Positions 1 through 7,396 of a stretch of 14,317 nt of DNA are shown here, in pieces (within the stretch, counting starts at the first letter, position 1; every line of letters begins with the position of its first letter). The notes under the pieces are model-generated. The model saw nothing but the letters and a program-made list of their open reading frames with translations. It made no database searches and was not told the DNA's origin. Position numbers and translations under genes: made by a program. Source of the stretch: Thermoanaerobaculia bacterium (lineage in GTDB: Bacteria; Acidobacteriota; Thermoanaerobaculia; Multivoradales; UBA5704); contig JBGAGQ010000107.1 in NCBI GenBank assembly GCA_044226625.1, positions 1 through 14,317 on the forward strand, read 5' to 3'.

Positions 1-344
1 GACTTTTCTGCCAAGTCTTCGAAGGCGAGATCCTTCCCAACGGTTCGCAATACGTCGACTCGGCCATGTCTTGTCTGAAGAAGGTGCATCTTCAAGGCGG
101 CCAACTTGGAGGCGTCCGGTACGATCCGTCGGCCCGCGGGATCGAGATAGCGCGCCTCCAATTCCTCCAGGGCGCTAGCGAGCCGATCGTTGTTCTCCCC
201 CGAGCACAGATAGACGACATCTACATCTTCCGTGACGAGAGGCGCTCCTTGGAGAATCGCAGCCACTCCACCCACGACGATGAATTCCACGTCATGGCGG
301 ACCAAAACGCGGAGGATCTCGTCGAAACTGAGCTCAGTTGCCAT
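1..344 (-). CDS. Nucleotidyltransferase-fold protein (DUF6036/AbiEii-like), 3' end truncated by window edge
   Basis: Not in the ORF track; translated manually from ATG at 344: MATELSFDEILRVLVRHDVEFIVVGGVAAILQGAPLVTEDVDVVY...RHGRVDVLRTV. It carries the GGxA..G...TxDxD motif of Pol-beta-superfamily NTases. Open to the window edge and overlaps the upstream ORF by 11 nt. Confidence 0.85.
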   Translation of the reverse strand, partial: MATELSFDEILRVLVRHDVEFIVVGGVAAILQGAPLVTEDVDVVYLCSGENNDRLASALEELEARYLDPAGRRIVPDASKLAALKMHLLQTRHGRVDVLRTVGKDLAFEDLAEK

Positions 345-537
345 TCTGGGCGCGGATGCGGAGGACGGTGTTCATGAAATCTTGCGCCGCTTTGAGCCGC
401 TCCGTCGGCGTCAGCTTGAGCTTCTCCCGAATCTGGAGGACGTCGCCCCAATCGAGACCCCATTCCGACACTTCCATCTGGTCGTAATCGGTGGGAATCC
501 CCGCCAGGTCCGGATCGGCTTCATCGGGCGATTTCAT
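334..537 (-). CDS. Small acidic protein, putative antitoxin-like partner of the downstream NTase
   Basis: 67 aa with GLDWGDVLQIREKLKLTPTERL, resembling the 'L.LTP.ERL' small ORFs I recall directly upstream of such NTases. Its stop overlaps the NTase start region (coupling). Confidence 0.7.
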   Translation of the reverse strand: MKSPDEADPDLAGIPTDYDQMEVSEWGLDWGDVLQIREKLKLTPTERLKAAQDFMNTVLRIRAQNGN

Positions 538-651
538 GGCCGCGCAGAGCCTACCAAGGAAATGGCTGCGAAACCGGACCCGCGCCGGAGCGACTCGCCG
601 GGCCTCCGCGAACGGCCCCGAGGACCCGGGGGCTCACACAGGACCCAGGAT

Positions 652-3600
652 TCACGGTATCGCTTCCCCCTTCCCCGCCACCCACGCGTACACGCTCGGC
701 AGGACGAGCAGCGTAAAGAGGGTCGAGGTCATCAGGCCGCCGACCATCACGATCGCGAGCGGTCGTTCGAGCTCGGAGCCTCCGAAACCGGCGAGCATCG
801 GGGCGAGGCCGAGGATCGCGGCTCCCGCCATCATCAGCTTGGGCCGGACGCGACCGATCGACGCTTCGCGCAGGGCCTCACGGAACGGCCGTCCAGTGGC
901 GATCAGCTCCTTGGTCTGGGAGATCAGGACGAGGCTGTTCTGCACCGCAACGCCGAACAGACCGATCACGCCGACGATCGACGAGGCGTTCCAGGTCTCG
1001 CCCGCGAACGCCAGGGCGTAGAGGCCGCCGGCGAACGCAACCGGCAGGGTGCCGAGGACCACCAGCACCTCCCGCGCCCGGCCGAGCGCGAGAATCAGCA
1101 ACAGGATTACGAGGGCCAGCGCGACGCCACTCGCGCCCAGCAGGCGCTTTTGGGTTTCGCGAGCTTCTTCGATCTGCCCGGAGAGGGCGACCGTCGTCCC
1201 TTGCGGAAGAGCGAGCTTGGCGAGCTCCCGCTCGACGGCTTTTCCCGTCCCGCCCAGATCCCCCGTGGTCCGGAGGTTCCAGCCGAGCCGGCGCTGGCCG
1301 TTCTTCCTCCGAATCATGGAGGGCATGGTGTCCTCTTCGATTTTCGCCACCTGGCCCAGCTCGACGATCCGCCCCTCCTCGACGACGATCGGCAGTCGCT
1401 CGATCCGGGTCGACGTGAGGCGGCCGTCCGCGGGAAAGCGAACGGTCCTTTCGATCCGTTGCGGTCCGTCGAAGCGAGGCGAGAGCGAGATCCCCTGGAG
1501 CGCCGCTTCGAGCGTCTCGAGCAGCGCCTTGCGCGGCACGTCGAGCCGACGCAACGCGTCGTCGTCCGGGACGATCCTCCAGCGCGGAAGCGGCGCCCCT
1601 ACGTCGGGCGTCACCCCCGCCACCCCGGGAATCCGCGCGAGCAGACTCGCGACGTCGTTCGCTCGCTGCCCGAGCACCGCGAGATCGGGATGGAACAGCT
1701 CGACCTGGATGTCGGCCGGCGTGCCGCCGATCCCTTCCGAGATGCGCATCTTCATCGGCGTGGTCAGCTCGACGCCGAACGGCATCCGCTCGGCCAGCCC
1801 GCCGAGATCGGATTCGACCCGAATTACGTCGGCATTCGGCTCCAGGACGATCAGCACGTCCGAGAGATAGCTCGGCATCGGATCTTCCGTCACCTCGCCG
1901 CGACCGGTGCGACGATAGGCGGCGCGGACCCCCGGGATCTTCCCCACCTCGCTTTCGAACTGGCCGTTCGCTTCATCGATCGCGGCCAGGCTGGTATCCG
2001 ACGGCAAGAAGGTTTGGACGAGGAGCGCCCCTTCGTCGAGGCTGGGGAGGAAGTTCGTACCGAGCCGGGCCGCGAGCAAGATTGCCGGGAGGGCGAGGAC
2101 GATCGCCACCGCCTGAACCCAAGCCCCATGGCGGAGCGCGAAATCGAGCACAGGCCGGTAGGCGTTCTTGATCGCACGGATCACGCCGGGCTCTTCGAGG
2201 CGCGTGCCGGGCGGCAGGAAGCGATCGACCAGGACCGGGACCAGGGTGAACGAGAGGACCAGCGCGATGGTCATCGCCGAGGCGACCGCCACGGCGAGCG
2301 GAGCGTAGAGCTCGCCCGCGACCCCGCCGACCGCGAGCAGGGGGATGAAGACGGCGAGGATTACGAGGACCGCCGTCGCGATCGGCACGCCGACCTCGGC
2401 CGCGGCCCGCGCGATCGCCCGGCGGCGAGTTCCTAGGTCGGAGGCCGGAAGGTCGTGCAGCCGATGGACGACGTTCTCCACCATGATCACGCCCGCGTCG
2501 ACCAGGAGCCCGACCGCGATCGCGAGGCCCCCGAGGGTCATGGCGTTCAAGCCGAGGCCAAGCGCGAAGAGCGGGATCGCCGCGCCGAGCGTGGCGAGCG
2601 GCAGGAGGACGATCACGAACAACGCCCCGCGCAGACTGCCGAGCAGGACGATCAGCACCAACCCGACAAACAGCGCCCCGAGCCCGAGAGCCTGGGAGAC
2701 CCCGCCGAGCGCATGGGAAACCAAATCCCCCTGGTCGTAGAACAGCTCCAGCGACATGCCGGACGGCAGCGATCGCCTCAGCTCGGGCAGGAGCTCGCGG
2801 ACTCGCCGACTGGTCGACAGGGTGTCCGCCGTCGGCTGCTTGATCACCCGAAACGACACCACCTCGAATCCCTTGTACCGCGCGAGACCGAGCCGGAACT
2901 CCGGCGCCTCGCGCACCTCCGCGAGGTCGCCCAGAGCGACCACGCCGCGCGCCGTGTGAACCGGTAAGCAGCGCACCTGCTCGACCGACCCCGCGAGCGA
3001 GGCGACCGAGACGTACCACTGTTTGTCGCGGATTTCGAGGATGCCCGCCGAGGCGTCCTTCTCGCTCCCTTCGAGCGCCTCGACGACCTGGTCGAGCGAG
3101 ACGCCGACCAGACGCATCGTCTCGGGCGAGATCGAGACTTGCAGTTGGCGACCCTCGCCGCCGAGCAGCTCGATCCGCGCGACGCCGGGAACCGATTGGA
3201 GGCGCGGAATCAGCACCCTGACCGCGTGATCGCGGAGCTTCATCGGATCGATCGCCGGTCCTTCGAGCACCAGCTCCTGGATCTCCTGGAGCCGCCCCGC
3301 CGCCGAGGTGAGCAGAGGCGCCGACGTCCCCTCCGGAAACCCGGCGAGGACCTGCGCGAGCTTTTCGCCCACTAGCTGGCGCGAGCGCCAAGGGTCGGTC
3401 CCCGGCTCGAACGCGACGACGATCTGCGTCACCCCGGCCTGGACCGTGCTAGTCACGCGCCGCACGCCCGGAAGACCGGTGAGCACCTGCTCGACCGGCT
3501 GAGCGACCGAAAGCTCCAGCTCCGCCGGGTCGCGGCCGGGGCTCTGGATCAGCAATTGGACCGAAGGGAGCGCGAGGTTCGGGAACAGGTCGCGCGGCAG

Positions 3601-3765
3601 GCGAGCGAAGGTGAGAAATCCCGCGACGCCCCAGAGTCCCGCGATCGCGAGGATCCAGCCGCGCGCCGAGAGTGCGCGGACGAACCAGCGCTCCAACAGC
3701 CCGTGCCCGGAAGCGCGCGAGGGAGAAACCGGAGAGCTCGGCGGACCGTTCGGCTCAGTGGTCAT
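652..3765 (-). CDS. Heavy-metal efflux RND permease, CzcA/CusA family
   Basis: 1037 aa. N-terminal LPRDLFPNL, TM4 GGLAIAVGLLVDAGVIMVEN, FLPSLDEG, GRVRPKLM, GSELERPLAIVMVGGLMTSTLFTLLVLP. Overlaps the adaptor gene stop. Confidence 0.95.
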   Translation of the reverse strand: MTTEPNGPPSSPVSPSRASGHGLLERWFVRALSARGWILAIAGLWGVAGFLTFARLPRDLFPNLALPSVQLLIQSPGRDPAELELSVAQPVEQVLTGLPGVRRVTSTVQAGVTQIVVAFEPGTDPWRSRQLVGEKLAQVLAGFPEGTSAPLLTSAAGRLQEIQELVLEGPAIDPMKLRDHAVRVLIPRLQSVPGVARIELLGGEGRQLQVSISPETMRLVGVSLDQVVEALEGSEKDASAGILEIRDKQWYVSVASLAGSVEQVRCLPVHTARGVVALGDLAEVREAPEFRLGLARYKGFEVVSFRVIKQPTADTLSTSRRVRELLPELRRSLPSGMSLELFYDQGDLVSHALGGVSQALGLGALFVGLVLIVLLGSLRGALFVIVLLPLATLGAAIPLFALGLGLNAMTLGGLAIAVGLLVDAGVIMVENVVHRLHDLPASDLGTRRRAIARAAAEVGVPIATAVLVILAVFIPLLAVGGVAGELYAPLAVAVASAMTIALVLSFTLVPVLVDRFLPPGTRLEEPGVIRAIKNAYRPVLDFALRHGAWVQAVAIVLALPAILLAARLGTNFLPSLDEGALLVQTFLPSDTSLAAIDEANGQFESEVGKIPGVRAAYRRTGRGEVTEDPMPSYLSDVLIVLEPNADVIRVESDLGGLAERMPFGVELTTPMKMRISEGIGGTPADIQVELFHPDLAVLGQRANDVASLLARIPGVAGVTPDVGAPLPRWRIVPDDDALRRLDVPRKALLETLEAALQGISLSPRFDGPQRIERTVRFPADGRLTSTRIERLPIVVEEGRIVELGQVAKIEEDTMPSMIRRKNGQRRLGWNLRTTGDLGGTGKAVERELAKLALPQGTTVALSGQIEEARETQKRLLGASGVALALVILLLILALGRAREVLVVLGTLPVAFAGGLYALAFAGETWNASSIVGVIGLFGVAVQNSLVLISQTKELIATGRPFREALREASIGRVRPKLMMAGAAILGLAPMLAGFGGSELERPLAIVMVGGLMTSTLFTLLVLPSVYAWVAGKGEAIP

Positions 3766-4954
3766 GCTCTTCGCCTCCGCCGCCCGCGAGCTTCAAGTAG
3801 AGCGATTTGAGGAGGTAGGCGCCGTCGGTCGCGACCGTCTCGCCCGGGGCGACCCCGTCGAGAACGAGCACCTCGGCACCGAGCTCCGCCCCTTTGCGCA
3901 CCGGCCGCAGCTCAGCCCGGCCGCCGTTGCGCACGAAGACGCCCCAGCTCCCTTCGATCTGCTGGAGCGCGGCCTGCGGCAGGACCACGGCCCGGGCCAA
4001 GGGCACGCGCGCTTCGAGCGGCGTGCCGGCGAGCGGCCAGCCCTTCTCGTCCCCTTCGAGGCGCAGTCGATAGGCTAGGCGCCGGGTCGCGTCAGAGAGC
4101 GAAGCGGGCATCCCTTCGACCGTCGCCTGCCAGCGCTGACCGTTCGCGCGGCGGACCTCCGTCCGCGCTCCCGGCCCCCAGGTCTCGGGACCGGGGAGGG
4201 GGATCTCCACCAGTACTCGCGAGGCACCGGGAGCGACCAAACGGCCGAGGTCTCCTCCCGCTTCGACTCCTTGGCCCACCGCGACGTGGAACGCCTCGAC
4301 CACCCCGCCGCGCGGGGCGCGAACTCGATAGCTCGTGCCGGCGCTCGCCGGATCGACCCCGCGCGCTTCGAGCTCCATGCGGGCCGAGGTCTCCTCCACC
4401 TGCGCCACCTCGGCCGCTGACTCTGCCGCCTCCACCTCGCGTCGCGACGTGGCTCCCCCATCGAGCAGCCTTCGTTCGCGCGCCGCTTCGCGATCGGCCT
4501 GCACTCGGCGGGAGCGGGCCGCCAGCCAGGCCGCTTTCTTCTCGGCGAGCTCGGGGCTTCGGATCTCGGCCAGCGCAGTCCCTCGGGAGACCGGCCGTCC
4601 GGGTTCTACGAGCAACGCGGTGACGATCCCCCCGACTGGCGCCGAGAAGATCGCGGCGGCCGACGGCTCGGAGATCGCTTCGGCCGCGAACCAGGCCCCC
4701 TCCTCGCGAGGCGGACCGACTTTGGCGAAGGCGACCCCGCGCACCCCCGAGAGCTCGATCGAGCGGGGCGCCTCGTCTCCCGGCGCTTCCGCTTCGTGAT
4801 TCGGCTCGCCCGGAGCATGACTTTCCCCGGTTTCGTCGCGCGCGGATGCCTCGTTTCGGCGGCATCCGCCCACCGCGATCAACAACGTAACGGCAAGGGC
4901 CACCGGGAGGACGAGACGGGCGGTTCGAACCGGGAGGAACGTCCTCGAAATCAT
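3755..4954 (-). CDS. RND periplasmic adaptor (membrane fusion protein), CzcB/CusB-like
   Basis: 399 aa. Lipobox-like AVGGC, lipoyl-like halves (SAPVGGIV, RAPRGGVV), central helical hairpin, GETVATDGAYLLKS, C-terminal EEHDH. ATGA overlap with the upstream gene. Confidence 0.93.
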   Translation of the reverse strand: MISRTFLPVRTARLVLPVALAVTLLIAVGGCRRNEASARDETGESHAPGEPNHEAEAPGDEAPRSIELSGVRGVAFAKVGPPREEGAWFAAEAISEPSAAAIFSAPVGGIVTALLVEPGRPVSRGTALAEIRSPELAEKKAAWLAARSRRVQADREAARERRLLDGGATSRREVEAAESAAEVAQVEETSARMELEARGVDPASAGTSYRVRAPRGGVVEAFHVAVGQGVEAGGDLGRLVAPGASRVLVEIPLPGPETWGPGARTEVRRANGQRWQATVEGMPASLSDATRRLAYRLRLEGDEKGWPLAGTPLEARVPLARAVVLPQAALQQIEGSWGVFVRNGGRAELRPVRKGAELGAEVLVLDGVAPGETVATDGAYLLKSLYLKLAGGGGEEHDH

Positions 4955-6204
4955 GGCAACACCTCGGTGGTGAGGATGGAAAGCTCCCAGGAAGCGGCGA
5001 TCCGCGCCGCGCGTCGTTCGATTCGGGCGATCTGCGCGGCGATCACCGCGCGGCGCATAAGGAGGGCTTCAGACGCGTGCGACTTCCCCTCGACGAGCCG
5101 CAGCTCGATCGCGGCGAGCGTCCGCTCCGGCGAAAGCGCCTCCTCCCCGGTGAGCGGAACCTCGGAGGCTCCGAGCGCGGTGAGCCGGGAGCGCGCGGCG
5201 GCAAGGCGGCTTTGCAGCTCCGACGTCCGCTGTTCGGCCTCCCGATCCGCCGAGGCGATCGCGGACTCGAGCGCCCGGTCCGCAACAGGACGCTCCGCGG
5301 CGAGAGGCAACCGATAGGCAAGACCGAAGCGCGCCACCCTCTCCTCCGCTTCGCGAGCCAGGCTCGACCGGATCGCCCAACGCGACCGCGCCCGGCCGTC
5401 GTCGAACTGGGCGAGCGCCACGGCCAGCTCACGCCGCGCGGCGATCCCCTCGGCGAGCGAGCCCGAGAGGACCCGGGCCGGAAGCTCGTCCTTTGGAACC
5501 AGATCGGGCGGAATGGGCTCGTCGAGCGGTGCACCGACCTCGGGCTCGGGGAGTGGCAGGAGAGGGGGCTCGACCCAGACCGCAAGCTCAGCCCACGCGG
5601 AGCTACGGGCGACGAGAGCCTCCGCCCGCGCCCCCCGCGCCTGCTCCAGGTCGAAGGCGATCAGATCGACTTCGAACGCCGCCTCCGCCCCCTGCTCCAA
5701 GCGCCGACGCGCGATCCCGAGCCAGCGCTCGACGATCGCGACGTCCTGATCCCGCAGGAGCGCCTGCCGTTCCGCGCTCCAGGCCGCGACGTACGCCGCC
5801 GCGATCCGGCCACGCGTCTCCCACCGCGCCGCGGCCGGCAAGAGCGCGGCGGCGCGTTCGAGCGCGGAGAGGGCCCCCTCCCGACCGTTCGCTTTCGCGA
5901 GCAGTGGAAGGTCGAGGTCGATCGCGAGATCCGCCTCGGTCGAACTGCCGGTCCGACGGGGACCGGTTTCCGCTCCAAGAGTCGCCCCGCCGGCTAGACG
6001 CCGCGAGGTCGCCGCGAACTCACGCCGCGCGGCATCGAGCTCGGACGAAAGAGCCAGCTCCTCGGCGCTCGGCCGAGCCCGCGCGAGGAGATCCTCGAGC
6101 CGCGGCTGCCCCTGGGCGAAGGCCCGGGGGGCAAACGAGACGAGCGAAAGGAAGAGATACAACGAAAGACGGACGGCCCGATGGGCCGCAAACCTGCTGA
6201 ACAT
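4951..6204 (-). CDS. TolC-family outer membrane factor (CzcC-like), divergent
   Basis: 417 aa with signal peptide ending AFA-Q and Ala/Arg/Glu-rich helices (ARRRLEQG, ELRLVEGK). First gene of the OMF-MFP-RND triplet. GAGGT SD 9 nt upstream of ATG. Confidence 0.85.
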   Translation of the reverse strand: MFSRFAAHRAVRLSLYLFLSLVSFAPRAFAQGQPRLEDLLARARPSAEELALSSELDAARREFAATSRRLAGGATLGAETGPRRTGSSTEADLAIDLDLPLLAKANGREGALSALERAAALLPAAARWETRGRIAAAYVAAWSAERQALLRDQDVAIVERWLGIARRRLEQGAEAAFEVDLIAFDLEQARGARAEALVARSSAWAELAVWVEPPLLPLPEPEVGAPLDEPIPPDLVPKDELPARVLSGSLAEGIAARRELAVALAQFDDGRARSRWAIRSSLAREAEERVARFGLAYRLPLAAERPVADRALESAIASADREAEQRTSELQSRLAAARSRLTALGASEVPLTGEEALSPERTLAAIELRLVEGKSHASEALLMRRAVIAAQIARIERRAARIAASWELSILTTEVLP

Positions 6205-6208
6205 GGAA

Positions 6209-6304
6209 CCGTGACCTCGCCGTTGCGGACGCGCAGAAGCGCGCGCCCGGCCTCACCGGGATTCCCGGTGACCCAAAAGGGGATCGAGCGAAAGCGGGGT
6301 CAGG
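6209..6304 (-). promoter_or_regulatory. Structured intercistronic RNA: SD-sequestering long-range stem enclosing two hairpins (putative translational attenuator)
   Basis: On the mRNA, UGACCCCGC (6302-6294, includes the leader stop) pairs 8/9 with GCGAGGUCA (6220-6212, includes the SD). Internal hairpins are UCACCGGG-AAU-CCCGGUGA (6271-6253) and GGGCGCGC-GCUUCU-GCGCGUCC (6248-6227). Confidence 0.55.
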
Positions 6305-6572
6305 AAAAGAGGGGGACGTGGAGAACCGGACGAACCACACCGGCGAGCGGTTCGCCGCGATCCGCAACGGTCGAGGCGACGAGAGGTCGAACCGCCGGAA
6401 GATCGAGACCGGCCGGTGCCGACACACCTGCGTTGCAGCCGCACGAAGCGCAAGCCGAGCGGCAGGGCGCTCCGCGCTCGCAATCGTCCGAGCACCCCAG
6501 ATCGAGCCCGAACACCGAACCGGCGGAAAGGGCCACGAACAGCGCGAGCAGGGCGAGGGCGGCGGGCTTCAT
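6300..6572 (-). CDS. Small exported Cys-rich leader protein (CzcI/DUF2946-like architecture)
   Basis: 90 aa: MK plus hydrophobic signal, CSDDCERGAPCRSACASCGC (6 Cys), Pro/Ala linker, C-terminal RPVLHVPLFS. Co-oriented, 95 nt upstream of the OMF gene. Confidence 0.75.
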   Translation of the reverse strand: MKPAALALLALFVALSAGSVFGLDLGCSDDCERGAPCRSACASCGCNAGVSAPAGLDLPAVRPLVASTVADRGEPLAGVVRPVLHVPLFS

Positions 6573-6592
6573 GCAGCCGTTACTCTATCGGA

Positions 6593-6637
6593 AATGATGA
6601 AGGCCCGACCGAAGTTGATATGGTCGATCATCACTGA
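6593..6637 (+). pseudogene. higB: 3'-terminal remnant of a HigB (RelE-like) toxin gene
   Basis: Reads NDEGPTEVDMVDHH*, matching the typical HigB C-terminus (G..DVEIVDYH*). The stop lies 11 nt before higA and overlaps its GAGGAG SD. There is no room for the rest of the gene because the opposite-strand leader ORF begins at 6572. Confidence 0.7.
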
Positions 6638-6648
6638 GGAGACGACGC

Positions 6649-6939
6649 ATGCTGCGCAGAAGGGAGACCACGAGCCCGGGAGAGATCCTCTCGGAGTGCT
6701 TCCTAAAGCCTCTCGGGTTGACTCAGAAGCGGCTGGCGGATCACCTGAGCTGTGATGTCAAGGTGATCAACCGCATCGTCAATGGCCAATCGGGCGTAAC
6801 TCCGGCAATGGCCCTGAAACTGGGCGCAGCCTTTCAGACCTCTCCCGAGTTTTGGCTCAACGCCCAGAAAGCGGTCGATCTATACCGTGCCTCCGAAGCC
6901 TTGGGCGACTTGCCGGGCTCACTTCTCCGCGCAAGCTGA
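6649..6939 (+). CDS. higA: HigA-family addiction module antitoxin (Xre HTH)
   Basis: 96 aa with SPGEILSECFLKPLGLTQKRLADHL, INRIVNG, VTPAMALKLGAAFQTSPEFWLNAQ. Strong SD GAGGAG. Confidence 0.93.
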   Translation: MLRRRETTSPGEILSECFLKPLGLTQKRLADHLSCDVKVINRIVNGQSGVTPAMALKLGAAFQTSPEFWLNAQKAVDLYRASEALGDLPGSLLRAS

Positions 6940-7013
6940 AGATTCGGGCCATTCTTCGAATTGCAGCCGCCTCATTGCCCGGTGAAATTACTGGCTATGC
7001 AACGGAGACCCAC

Positions 7014-7319
7014 GTGAGCTCATCGACTCTGACCCGCGCCGTCCAGAACTACCGGAATCGATTGACCCAACGAGGCATGGCCCGCTTCGAGGTTGTCGGT
7101 CGCGAATCGGACCGTGAGCTGATCCGTTCCTTTGCCAGATTCTTGGCCGAAGTCGGCCTGGAGGCCGACATGTTGGGGGTGGCTGCCAAACCGAACGACG
7201 AGGGAGAAAGGCCGCCCAAGATAGGCGGAATCCTCGCCGCGCTTCGGCACTCGCCGCTCGTCGGCGCGGACGTCATCCCCGATCGCCGCAAGGCGCAGAC
7301 GGGGGATTCGAGATCCTAG
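7014..7319 (+). CDS. Putative antitoxin-like protein (family recalled upstream of PIN/VapC toxins), possibly degenerate
   Basis: GTG start at 7014 with GGAG SD at 7004-7007, giving 101 aa. RAVQNYRNRLTQRGMARFEVVGRESDRELIRS and GGILAALRHSPLVGAD match a conserved small family from memory. No PIN gene follows. Confidence 0.65.
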   Translation: MSSSTLTRAVQNYRNRLTQRGMARFEVVGRESDRELIRSFARFLAEVGLEADMLGVAAKPNDEGERPPKIGGILAALRHSPLVGADVIPDRRKAQTGDSRS

Positions 7320-7396
7320 CCCGCCAGGACGGGCGCGACATCGTTCGCCCGCGGCGATGATGGCGACCTAGCCGAAATCGGGTACTGAACACGGTC

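Noticed and set aside
232-2436. 734-aa plus-strand ORF (also 5077-5997, 8331-9527, 10681-12408, 12272-14059 and similar)
   Set aside because: Antisense shadows of well-supported genes in high-GC DNA, with Arg/Gly-rich composition and no family motifs.
6253-6278. Hairpin 6253-6271 as an intrinsic terminator
   Set aside because: On the minus-strand mRNA the U-run precedes the stem instead of following it, and the plus strand has no U-tract. Treated as part of the leader structure.
6416-6637. 73-aa ORF as a full-length HigB toxin
   Set aside because: Only the last ~14 residues resemble HigB; the rest is antisense to the Cys-rich leader ORF.
7320-7396. Possible VapC remnant or terminator (CGGGCG...CGCCCG, 7330-7351)
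   Set aside because: No convincing PIN motif in the plus-strand frames read; the stem is short and has no U-tract.
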